The translations under genes and the position numbers were made by a program. Below, piece after piece: positions 51,369-63,458 of a stretch of DNA of 64,000 nucleotides. Positions within the stretch are counted from its first letter, which is position 1, and each line of letters begins with the position of its first letter. This DNA is from Hemiscyllium ocellatum. Its lineage: Eukaryota. Below the pieces are notes generated by a model. It made no database searches, was not told the origin of the DNA, and was given only the letters and a program-made list of their open reading frames with translations. The DNA is taken from assembly GCF_020745735.1 (NCBI RefSeq), contig NC_083427.1:1953438-2017437 (forward strand), given 5' to 3'.

Positions 51369-52476
51369 GTAATATAAATCAACTTGGGAGTAATTTCAGC
51401 AATATCCTCTTCACCCAAACAACCTCGCAGAGACACTGGCGTAATTTAAGAACTGCATAAACTTAATATTATGCATACAAAATAAAATTAGTCCATTAGA
51501 GCTGTACAATAGACACGGAACATGAGTCATCACAAGAGGCATTGGGACTTTCAGAAATAACAGGTTTAGCGAACATAGTAAATGTACTGATATTTATGGT
51601 AACGACACAAGCAGAACATTCAAGAACCATCTTTTCATTGGTATTTTCCGTTATCCATAAATAAAGTAACTCCTAGTGAATTTAGAACCGACGATTTAGC
51701 TCGAAGACATCTAAAAACATGCTTTCCCGTCTAATGCATCCTTTAATGTTATCATGATTCTGATAACTGATTCTGTTAGCATTATCAACTCCCAGTATCA
51801 GAGTTGAGCTGTGAAAGACATATAGGCACAAAATGTTATACTTCCTTACTTCATACTCTTCAAAAATAGTTAATTAAAAGAATACAAAAACGTTTGACAG
51901 TGCCCTTGATTGGACTTGAATTATGCAGTAAGTATCATTTTGTATAACCAAAAAGGCTCTGCTGACGAATCGGCACAGCAAACTCAGTTTAAAAAATGCA
52001 ATCTATGGAATGCAAGTTGAAACCAGGTAAATTTCTCCAATGGTTGGTCGTTCACAGTGCAAGCAATTTTAGCTTTTATAAAGCAGACAGTGATGATGCG
52101 TTTTTTGCTCGCCTGGTATTGGATTCTGTCGAATTAAGGCCATGTCGCAGCAATTATCTTCTGGCATCCGTAACTGCAACAGTTGAAAGTGTGCAGTACT
52201 CGAACCGAGACAATCGATATCAGTATACCCAAGGCAGAGCAATTTCCAAATTGTGCAAGAATACATCGCAAATATTACTGAAGTCATATCCATAGCAGTC
52301 AGAGTGAATGCAACCAACAGGAACAGGAGAGCACAACATCTAATTCACCAAGTCGACACTTTCAAACAGAAGAGATAACAGATCACAGTAAGTAAAATTA
52401 TTCCCCATCTCCTGAAGTATTTTGGAATTAAAATCGATATTTCAGCCTGAAAACCTGCATTCCTTTCTCATTCCAG

Positions 52477-52797
52477 ATGAATGCCATCAGCCAGATATTT
52501 CTGTCAACGTACTGAAACCTGCGTTTGAAGAGATTTGGACACAAAAGACAGCGACCATTGTTTGCAAAATCGTTTCCAGCAAGTTAGGAAATATTAATGT
52601 TGTCTGGCAGGAGAACGGGTCTGGGAGAACTAAAGGAGTCGTGACGGAAAATCCTGATTGGAACGGAAGTAAATTCACCATTGTGAGCAAACTTAAAATC
52701 ATGGCGTCAGAGTGGGATAGCGGTGTCGAATATGTTTGCTTGGTCGAAGATAGTCAATTACCAACACCAGTGAAAGCCTCTATCAAGAAGACAACAG
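52477..52797 (+). CDS. IgNAR: IgNAR C4 exon
   Basis: TTCCAG acceptor. DECHQPDISVNVLKPAFEEIWTQKTATIVCKIVSS...EWDSGVEYVCLVEDSQLPTPVKASIKKTT. GTAAGA donor. Confidence 0.95.
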
Positions 52798-53059
52798 GTA
52801 AGATGGAATAGTACTGTAATAACATCAAAATTGAATTGATTTCAGAAATCTGAAATGAAAAAGAAATGTTCAGTAGAAACTAAGCAGGGCTGGCAGAATC
52901 TATGGAGAGAAAAACCGGGTGAACCTTTCCAGTCCACTGTGTGTCTTTCAAAAGAAATAGTTAATGTTACCATGAGATAAGCCTGACTCATAAAATTGTC
53001 AGATTAAATAAAAATTCCGTCAAATCATTAATGCGTTACATTAAATGGTCAGAAGTTAG

Positions 53060-53310
53060 CATTGGCGAGGTGGATCACTGGTTTGCACTGCTGCCTCCCA
53101 GCACCAAGACCGCCATTCAATTAAAAATTATTCACCATCTGTATGGAATTTTCCCATCCTCCCCATGTCTGCGTGGGTTTACTTCGGGTGCTCGGGTTTT
53201 TGTCCAGAGTACAACGATGTGCAGATTGGGTGGAGGGGTCATATTCACATATGCGCAGTGTGGGTGGTTGGGTCATGGGAAAAATAAGGGACGTGAAATG
53301 CTGTAGCATT
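53060..53310 (+). mobile_element. Decayed HE1-type SINE in the C4-C5 intron
   Basis: GCACTGCTGCCTCCCAGCACCAAGAC...CCCCATGTCTGCGTGGGTTT is homologous to 481-765. Confidence 0.65.
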
Positions 53311-53431
53311 TGCAGATATTCGCAAAGACTTGCAGATAGGAAATATTTTATCTACCACATGCATAACTAACAAAGAAATTGTGACACAGACATAAGACAG
53401 TCTCAGTTAAACAATCATCCTCTCTTTGCAG

Positions 53432-53814
53432 ATGGTCAAATGTGTCCTCCTCAGGTTTATCTCCTGCATCCATCGACTGACGAGATTGACACCGAGAATT
53501 CAGCGACCCTGATGTGTCTCGCCACCAGCTTTTACCCAGCTGACATTTACATTGGCTGGATGGCCAATGACACGCTTTTGGATGCCGGGTACCGAACGCA
53601 CATGGATAGTGAGAAGGGGAATGGTTCCAACTTCGTGATCAGCAGGTTGAGAGTCACAGCGGCGGAATGGAACAGTGACATCACTTACTCCTGCTTGGTG
53701 GGACACCCATCGCTCAGCCGAGAATTAATCAGAAGTATAAATAAGTCTCGTGGTAAACCGACATCAGTCAATGTTTCAGTCGTACTTAGCGACATTGTTA
53801 AATCTTGCACATAA
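53432..53814 (+). CDS. IgNAR: IgNAR C5 exon with contiguous secretory tail
   Basis: TTGCAG acceptor. DGQMCPPQVYLLHPSTDEIDTENSATLMCLATSFYP...YSCLVGHPSLSRELIRSINKSR, then the tail GKPTSVNVSVVLSDIVKSCT-TAA (NVS sequon, penultimate Cys). Internal G|GTAAAC donor at 53753 for the membrane form. Confidence 0.96.
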
Positions 53815-54130
53815 CTTGCAGGGATTGACGAACTGTTTTCCGTGGATAGCTTAACGTTGTTATGGTGATAACTATTTAAACAACCAAACCAATGCATTTT
53901 CAATTCATTGCATGCAGCAGTCGCATTTCTGATCAGTGAATATTTTCGTCAAAAGCAAAATGCCCACTATTCTAAATTGAATCTGTTGATAAAGGGTAAT
54001 TAAGGTTAGAATCGGAATTTTCTGGAAAAGCGTGTCTTGTGATTACAATCGTTCAGAAGATCGTTTGAACTTTCCACACCGCTACTGAAAGAACAGGAAA
54101 CCGTGTTCTGTATGTGGCTCCAATTATTGC

Positions 54131-54136
54131 AATAAA
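54131..54136 (+). terminator. Candidate poly(A) signal of the secreted IgNAR mRNA
   Basis: First AATAAA I found after the secretory stop, about 320 nt downstream. Confidence 0.5.
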
Positions 54137-55520
54137 TGCAGAATGAAAACTCTTTGACTTGCTCATTCTTTATTTACATGCAACAAACTTTCAGAAAGAT
54201 GATTTAGACCTTGATTGAAGTGTTTGTGATATCCAGTTTTTGAAACACCAGCACTGCAGCTTGTTTAAACGTGCAGAACTTTAGACTCGCTCGGGTTCCC
54301 TCTGACTTGGCCACTATTAACATAATCGTTTTTGGCAGCATTCTTTCGTTCTCCATTGCTGATGGGATATCGAGATGTGAAATGAAATGACTGAAATTGA
54401 TGCGATGCCAACTTGTTTCGTTCAACAATCAGGCATCCAAATTGCCCTCACCTTCATTTAGCTCAGTCCTGCCAAGTTTTCTACTACAGTGATGTCCAAT
54501 TTTAGTCTATAGTTTTCGTGTTGCATCCCCACGACGATCTATGCTTGAGTCCTCATCCAGAATAGGCTAGATCCAATCCCTTGCTCATATCATGCAATTT
54601 GGCACTGATACCAAACAACTCTTTCGCAATCGTCTGTTTTTTTTTTCCTCTGTGTTTATGTCCAATGCATCCAAAGACGTTAACACACAATGAAAAAGTG
54701 CAGAGTCCAAAATCATAGTCCTATATTATGGTGACTACTCAGGCTCGTCACTCATCTGAATCAGTGATGTCTTTGGCCATTTCCTGGTGACAGTTTTTTA
54801 TTTTTCTGACTTTACATTCCATTTAAACTGAATTTCTGAAACGATCACTGAACCCAGAAGATGACTGCATTTCTTCTAGTTTAATCTGCTTTCAGCAACA
54901 TCATGTCTTTCACACTGACCGTTGACAACATTGGTTGTCTGCTATATATTTTCCACTCTCTATTGCCTTAAATTGACACAAAAATCAATTACGTGGTATA
55001 TGAATTCGCAGGAGTTCCCAATCATCCATCACCACTGAATTATTCAATAATGTCCACTCATGCTTCCCTTATAAAATTATTCCTGACGTGTCTAAATTCC
55101 TCCACATCCTCATCCATCACCGTTTCAGTGACCCATTCCGATTTATTTTCACTGACATTTCTGCACCCATGCGGTTCTGGCCTCTTTTACTTCCAGATTT
55201 TTATTGCCATCACTGTGTTCATTGAATTACATTCAGTCATTCAGTGCGATTGGCAACACTTACCTTCATTTAACCAGTCTTCCCAAATATTCCGATAAGG
55301 CATGTCTAATCGCGCTCGCACAGCATTATTACTATATCACCACAAGACACCATGCTTAGAACCTCATCCATGTGGAATCGGCACGTTGGCCTTGAATAAT
55401 AACAAGCAAATATAAATTCCAGCCAGATAATAAACACATCCATGTGCTGATTATATCGTTGTTGGAATCGCATTATGCCGTTTACAACATGTGCACCAAA
55501 CAGTCCATGTTTCAATTACC

Positions 55521-55730
55521 AGTTGGTCTGGCAGCGTCTGTGGAGAGAAAAAAAGTAAGAGTAAACGTTTTGTGCGAGTGATCTTCTTTAGAACCAATGA
55601 GAAGTATCAGTCGACCCGAAACGTTAACTTTGATTTCTATCCACAGATTCTGACAGATTGGAGAGCCTTCTGAGCAAGGTGTGCTTTAGTTTCTGATTTA
55701 TAGGATTCAGTGTTTCTTTTTATTTTTGTC
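55521..55730 (+). mobile_element. Palindromic Penelope-terminus-like mini-element (family C), C5-TM intron
   Basis: GGTCTGGCAGCGTCTGTGGAGAGAAA..GTAAACGTTTTG is inverted against CCGAAACGTTAAC..TTTCTATCCACAGATTCTGACAGA. A related half copy lies at about 52845-52950 (-). Confidence 0.65.
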
Positions 55731-57619
55731 TAAAATTTTATGCCAGCATTTTGCACACAAGAAGCTGAAACCAATAGAGTAGTTGGATGCCAGGTGTTTA
55801 GGTTCTTCTGCATTTACGATGCCTCTTCTCCGAAATGACTACATTTTAAAATGACAGGTAAAACTCTTTAACACACCTTTTATGACATTTCGAATCGACA
55901 AAGCACAAATTTCACATTGAGCATTCTGGTCTCAGCTTTTGAGAACATATGTGTTCTGAATAGTTTATGGTGGAGGAGACCTAATGAGTGTGATTCTGAA
56001 ATTTTTGCATGTTCACGAAAGTGTACACCAATGTGAGTTGCCACGCTCAGGAAACCTGCATTGGTGAACATACGTGTCTGACCCGTTGTTCTGAATGTTA
56101 TGAAACTTCTTACATTCAGCAGTTGTCGCTATTTCATGACATGAGATACTTATTCTCAGTTGGTTGCAAATCCACGTGTGACACTCTGTTTTGCTCTTCG
56201 TTGTGACATCTTTCCATGCTGTCGGACGTATCTGTGCGTTTTTAGGTCTGTTCAATGTGAGGTGACAACTGCCCTTGTTTGATTAGAGTTTGGAGAGCTG
56301 AACTTCAATTGTTTGTTCTGTGTATCCATAGACGTCTTCTGAATGAGAAAATATCTCTAATGCGGTATGTGGCATCTGTTTGTGCAGTGGCTTTTCGTTA
56401 TATAGGAGAAACACAGTGCCATATAGTGTCCCGCTAGTCCATAGTGTTGGAGTGTCAGTATCTAGAGCAGATAACTCAGGTCAACCTGGCTATCCATATC
56501 TGACATTACCTGTGAATTGAAGAATGATGCTGCTGCTGAAGTAGAATCTGTAAATGTATAATCTTGTTTGATTTGACGATAATACAAACTGCGAAGCGTT
56601 TGTGTGTGGTATCTCTTCATGTTAAAAAAGAATCTCGTTTATTGCAGGATCCGCGACTTTACATGCAGGTTAGTTGATGAACTGTACAAGCAAACATGCT
56701 ATGTCAGCGAGTTGAGCAATAGTTTTCGATCAGGCAGAACTGCAAATAAAGTTCCGATGTTGCCTTCAATCTACTTTTCAAGATCTCAATCGATAGCCAC
56801 AGTGCTGAAATATCTCCTTGCCATTTGAACTCATTATTTTTCATCGTCGGTTACTCAGTCATTTGATGTGAACTCCTTCAACTCACTGAAGTCCTGTTGT
56901 TAATTGCACATGAGTAAATGAAAAATGATTTGTTTTGAGTTGAGATGGATGCCAGTTTCAGATGTTGGTGAGAATACAGAGTAGATCAGTTCAACCTGAC
57001 AGTGCAGTGATAGGCTAAAACCCCGGATGTGAGCCTTTAATTAATTCTGTGAAATAGTTCATTCTGTGACAAGTACAGCACTTCATCAATCATGATTATT
57101 TTGAATATGAAATCTCACTGCCTGAAGACATTATGAGCACTGATTTCTCCATGTTAACTATACCTGGTGTGAATTAAAGATTTCTTGATGACGGATATTA
57201 TACTGGCATTAATTAAGATTTAAGCAATTTGAAAAAAAACATGAAGTCAGTCTCAATGGAATATACAAATAATAATTAAGTTGTAGCAATGCTCTGACTA
57301 GTGAGTTATTAAAATACCAACATTTATGCACTAGTTACTCCTAAGCTGTGTCAGCGATTATAAGGACAAAATACTAGATTTCCAGCATTGTGAGTAACAC
57401 TTAATTATATGGGTCGTGATGAGAATGTAAGTAGGCTCCAAGCCGATACGGACAGCTTGGTGTCTGAGCAAGTAGACAGCAGATGGATTAGATTGCGGAT
57501 TAAGTGCATGGTTCTACTGACTGCCATGACGACCTTCGAAGAGGAATATCTTTGGAAAGCCAAGCGAATGGCAAATGTTGGTGCTAAAAAGCATCAAACA
57601 AACCTGATTAGAATAGTTA

Positions 57620-58430
57620 TTGAAATCTAACAAATGCAAGAAAGTGATGGAGTAATTAGAAGAATGCTGTAGAGACAATAATCTCACTCTCAAAGTCAAT
57701 AAAACGAAAGAGTTGATCTTTGCCTTGTGGAAGTGAAGCTGATGGCACACCCTGGTCTACATCAATAATGCTGAGGTGGAGTTGGTGCAGAGCGTCAAGT
57801 TTTGGAAGTGATGATCATCAACAATCTGTCTGGTCCCCCCATATTGTCTCAATGCTCAAGAAAGCACGATAGCGTCTCTGCTTCCTCAGGAGTTTTAAGG
57901 AAATTTGATATGTCCACAAGGACTCTGACCAATTTTCAGAAATGCACCAGAGACAACCTTCTATGTGTATTCATCATACTGAGATTTGGCAACTGCTTTT
58001 CCCATGACTGCAAGAAATTACAATAGTCATGCAGAGAGCCCAGTATGTGACGTAAACAAAACTTCTATCCATTGAATCCATGTTTACTTCCCGTTGCCTT
58101 GGGAAAGCAACTCATATAATCAAAGACTGCTCTCACCCCTCCTACATTTACATGCATCCTCTTTGATGGAACAGATGAAATAGAAGTTTGTGCACATCCA
58201 CGAATAGATTTAAGAGCAGTTTCTTCCCTGCTGCTATTAGATTGCCGAATGGAGCTATCAAATTTTAAATTTAGTGTTGATCGCTCCCTGTATCCCTTAC
58301 CTGTAGCCATCACGTTTTTTGTTCGCTCTGTCTGTGACCCGATGCATTTTGTATGGTATGATCTGCCTGTACTGCATTGAGAAAAACACATTTCACTGTA
58401 CGCAGGTGTACATGATAATAATAAACCCAA
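57620..58430 (+). mobile_element. Decayed Rex1/Babar-type LINE 3' portion
   Basis: LKVNKTKELI...VYINNAEVELVQSVKF...LRSFDM-like/TRTLTNFQKCT remnants match the Rex1 RT C-terminus. Confidence 0.65.
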
Positions 58431-59329
58431 TCAAATCAAATTGGTGAGTAAGCAATGAAGAAAGCCAATGTTTTAAGAACTTTCATCGCGTGCAAATTTG
58501 AAAATGAACTTCTGCCTTGCTTCAAATTTATAATATTGAAAAGATTGTAACGAGATATAGGACACAATCTACGACTTTCATTGAAGTTAGGACCCATTTC
58601 CCTTCAAATGAATCGCAATGGATATCCGGATAACAGATTTATGAGATTGTCAGACTGTCATATGAAACAATTTCGAAGAGACTGGACTGATAGTCTCAGG
58701 TAACCAAATAATGAAAGACTTATCCAGAATGTGCATGTGAGTCTACAATTGATTTGTAGATGCGAATAACACCAGAGCAAATGTGGATGCATGGCAAAAT
58801 AGCACGAAGTAGATGATCTGATACTATCTAGAATGGTGAATCAGTCTCAAGGGGTTGAATTATCTGATCGCGCCCGTATTTTTCCATGTTCCTATGGAAA
58901 CAAGAGTATAAAACAGCAGAATTCAAGGCAATTAAAGCAAAAAAAATTTGGAAAGCAACGAGAGGATGAACACGATGGATATTTAAGGAAAACTTAAAAT
59001 GAAACTGTTGGGCCGTCACTATTTCTTACAGAATGCTTTCTCATCACGAAGAAGGGAGTTAATGCAGACTATGTAGTCTAAAAAAGTGTCCAGTAAGATT
59101 TTAGAAAAAAATAATAATGATAATGGAATTAATACAGAGACAATCCTCCATGAAATTGCATGATTATCTCGTGGTAAAAAGAAGCCAGTGAGGAAATAAT
59201 AGATGCTGAAAGGATCATTTACCAGTTCTAACGAGATGCATGTGAGGCACCAGAGACGTGTAATTATATGTCAACAAATGTTTCAGCCTGGAAAATGCTT
59301 TGATGATGGACCATATAGGTTTTGGCCAG

Positions 59330-62300
59330 TTAGTCTGTACTCCGTGCAGCGAAATTTACAAGAATCAATAATTAGCGATCACATGGAATGCTACCAAGAT
59401 AGGAATGGACTAATCAGGAAAAGTCGGTATGAATTTATGAAATGAACATCGTGTGTTGCGATGTCAATTGATTTTTTTTTGGTGCAATAAGAACAAGGGG
59501 ATTCATGGGGATAGTCATGTGGGTACTGCCTAAATGGATATGGTGAGGAATTTGACGAGGTCCAAAGTGGAAGATGGGTCAGAAAGACAGAACCCATGAA
59601 ACACCTGAGAATGTGACAAGTTTGGACGCAAAACTAATTCATGGCAGGAAGCCAAATTTAAAAGTGCAGACTGCCTTTCTTGTTGACCATCTCCAGTATT
59701 TTATGACACGACTTAGTATTGTATCCCTCGCAATTTTAGGTGTGATTTAACGATTTAGAGTTTAATGCGAAAGATTTGGATTGGATTTCGCTGATGATAC
59801 AAAGTTGATGGTGTGATTTATATGTTTGATATCGGCTGTCGAAGACAGCTTTACATTAATGGTTCAATTCTGTCGTTGAAATATGATAATTTGAATTTAA
59901 TCTGTCAGTGAGAATTTATGAAGTGCAGAGGACGTTAGAGAGTTTGTATTTTATGTCCAGAGGTCCGTGATTGCTGAAGAACAGGAGATGAACTGGTTAG
60001 AAAAAATGCATGTGTAAACAATTGAGGCGTTGTCCTTGTTTTGATTAAATGTATCATACAAAATAGGTGCAATGCTGGAAATATTTGGGATGCTTGAAAA
60101 ATCATTTCAGCAGCTTTGTATCGAGTTCAAGCAAACCTATCCCTGGAAAGGCAAAGTTGTTCCGGGTAGAGCATAACAAGTACAACAAGAATGTTATGAG
60201 GACTTTTCAGTGAAGGTGCCATTGTTGTTTACCTTACAAGAGAGATGCCTGAGTTCAACTAAATTCAACAGTACGAAACAATGAGGCGTTTGTATGGTAT
60301 GGGCAGTGAAGTCGTGTTATTATTGCGGTGAATCCAGAGGGAGTTGCATTACTGCAGGAGAGACGGTTAAAGTCAGTTCGTTGTAGCCGCATTCTCTAAT
60401 TAGAAAATGATAACTGACCGTATTCAACCAATGGGTACCCCTAAGTACGACAGGGGAACAAGGGAAAGAAAAACATTTCTCACAGACGTTCGAGGTTGTC
60501 TGAGTTTTGTTTCCAGGTTTGGTAGTTGGGACAGAAATTCTCAAGTTAATTGCATCCAGTTTGGATGTGCACCTGAGGTGCTATAACCTGCAGTAATATT
60601 GTATGTTTTTATGTTCTGCAAGGTTTCATTCATGCTTGAACGTAACTTATTGCCTCTGTATGTCTCTTCAAACCAGTCAATGGAAGTTTGACATTGGGAT
60701 ATGCTTTGTAATTAAAATATATCTTTTTGGATAAAGTTGAAAGCCAGCTGGATACATGTGAATTAATTACAGGAATGAAGTCATGATTCTAAACAGGAAA
60801 AATGAGTTCATGTGACGTGATTTCTCTTTTGACTAGGTAACAATGTGAGTCCATGTTTCTTATCTTGTTGAGTCCCTGGCTTGAAATCTCAAGAGGATGA
60901 GAAACAATATTTATCCACACGTGTAAACTCACGGAACACATAGAAAATTGTAAGACATCACAAGGAGTTATGCAAGTGTCAAATGACAGACAATACTGTG
61001 GTCCTTCTGAATTGAGAAACATATATATAGTACGCTGTACTGAACAGGCCTTAAATCTTTGAACGAGAATTGACGTCATCTCTCCTATCCCCTTGCTTTG
61101 CCTTTTTCATATAATCTTTAATATAAAATTAGCATCTGATTCCGCTTTCAGTTCGCCATTTAATGCCTTTGAACTTTTGTGGACTGAACAGTGTAAAATG
61201 TAATTCTTTTAGATGGATTTTATTTAATTGTTTTTGGTATCAAGACGCAAGATATTAGTTGCTGATCACCCAATGCTGTTGTCAGCCTCATAAAGCATTT
61301 TCCCCCGAACTTGAAAAGCACATTTTTATGGAACATTAATACATTTTGAAGATACTTAGATTCACAGGTGCATAATAGCACAGAAAATACCCTTTGCTCC
61401 TCGAGTCTGCACCAACGAAACTACCATTAAATGTGCGCTGATCACAACTGCCTTCACTTCCCCACATCCTTGAATGTTGCAATATTTGAAATACTTATCC
61501 TATTTCCTTTTTCAAAGTTTGTAACGTTTCCAAGATCCGTTACCTTCCCAGGTGGTGCATTGCAGATATGCACCACATGCTGAGTGACTAAAGTATTTCT
61601 GCTAAATTCACCCTGAACCCTCTGCCCCTTCCCCTAAAATTACTCCCTGTTGTTTTTGAACTGGTGCTCCCTATTAGACCTTGCCATACCTTTCATAATC
61701 TAATACACATTAATCATGGCCCCTTCAATCTTCTCTGCTTTAACGAGAAAGATCCAAATCTATCTCGGGTCTCCATTTAGCTCAATGTCTCCGTCCAGTT
61801 AACATCCTGGTGAATCATCTCTGTATCTCCTCGAGTCCTATCACATCCTTCCTGTTGTGACGTGACAAGAACTGAACATCATGCTCCAGTTCTTGCCAGA
61901 CTAACATCATGTACAAGTCCAACATTACTTTCTTATAGTCCATACCACTACAGATGAAAGTAAGTGTCTCACGATACTCCTTCGTCTTATTTCTTCTTCC
62001 AAAGTGCACCATCTCGCACTTATCAGGGATAATTACCATCTGCTGCAGATCTGACTATTTCAGCACCTTACTATATTTTCAAATAACCCACATGGATCTT
62101 CACTATTGACCATTCAAACAAACGCGGTGTCTTCTGCACACTTGCTTCGTATCACCCCGACTTTTTTTATCTAAATTGTTTATGTATATAACGAACAATA
62201 AGGGTCCTCCTCCTGATCCTTGTGATGTGTCTTTGCACTCAAGCCTTTAATTATTCAAACAGCCTTCTCACATTGCACTTTGTGGCCTATTGCTGAGTCA

Positions 62301-62500
62301 GTTTCTGTACGTGCACGCCAAATTTCCCTCAAGTTTACGTACTTTAACCATCTCAATCAATCTCTAGTTAGGGGTCTTTCAAAAACTTTGCTACAATCCA
62401 TGCATAAGTTACATCAACTAAACTCTCGCTGTCTCGATACTTTATTGCACTTTCAAAATATTCTAACCAATATGATAGGTAAGACGTCACTCTGACAAAG
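59330..62500. mobile_element. Highly decayed CR1 fragments (+ about 59330-60600; - about 61380-62500)
   Basis: LIRKSRYEF and FADDTK-like remnants on +. Antisense PDKCEMVHFGRRN and DLYMMLVWQELEH (ORF 61815-62039). Confidence 0.55.
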
Positions 62501-62724
62501 CCAAGCTGGCTATTCTATGCACTCTTTTGCTTGTTCTGACAACTATGCAATCTCCTCTGTGATGACCATCCTATGGTAGATCATTAATTCCTTCATTTGA
62601 ATTCACTAAGTCTGATCACAAATGTGCTCAATATCTCACGAAAACCATAATATTACAGATACTTGACCTGAAATTTTTACTCAACGTGACTAATTTTGTG
62701 TAAATATTCATCCATTAATTGCAG

Positions 62725-62882
62725 ATGAGCCAGAAATAATGGAACACCCTGGAGACTATGGCATCGAAGAAAACGAAGTAGAAAATGTCGATGGAGATGC
62801 CAACAGTTCCTTATCCATCATGACTTTCGTCATCCTGTTTATTCTCAGTATGCTATACAGCACATTTGTAACTGTGCTTAAG
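62725..62882 (+). CDS. IgNAR: IgNAR TM1 exon (acidic spacer + transmembrane helix)
   Basis: TTGCAG acceptor, in phase with the C5 internal donor. DEPEIMEHPGDYGIEENEVENVDGDANSSLSIMTFVILFILSMLYSTFVTVLK with the CART motif (TF..LF.LS..YST.VT). AAG|GTAATA donor (phase 0). Confidence 0.92.
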
Positions 62883-63458
62883 GTAATAATGCATTTTTAC
62901 AGCAGAATGACATTCAGCAAATCTACTGCATTCATAGCTGAGATGCGGTTAAGCAGCACATAATAACGTATGTAAATTTCAAGCAAACAGCTTATCCTGT
63001 ATAATGAATGATACTGAACTTGGGTGATTAACTGCCATTTTGAATAAATGTCCTCATTAGGACGTTTGCGCAGAGAAATGCAAACTCACATGATGAAATG
63101 TGGACTTAAATAACAAAAATGTGTCAGTAATCAAATAATGCCTAATAGTTAGTGTCGACTCATAACAGGACAGACAATGTTAATAAGAAAATAGTTTGTA
63201 TATATTTGTACTAAGCTGGACACGGTGAAATATATTGATACCTGTGGTTATAAAGGTAACTGAATAGATGGAAAGAAGCTCACAAATAATTGTTTCAAAT
63301 AATTCAAAATCTCCGTGAAGGAATGGGGAAACCATTACTTAATGATGGAGCAGTGACAGATCACTGTGAAAAGATGGGGAAAAAACATGGACATGAGAGG
63401 CGGCTTTACGTGTAAATTACAAGATTCGCTGATGCCTTTACAGGATAGAAGCAGAAAG

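Noticed and set aside
51996-52295. 99-aa ORF just upstream of C4
   Set aside because: No Ig motif and no clear splice sites. The length is compatible with chance.
32878-62882. IgW, IgM or NAR-TCR identity
   Set aside because: The short CDR2-less V, three Ds, five NAR-type C exons and a secretory tail all fit IgNAR. There is no second supporting V or TCR constant exon.
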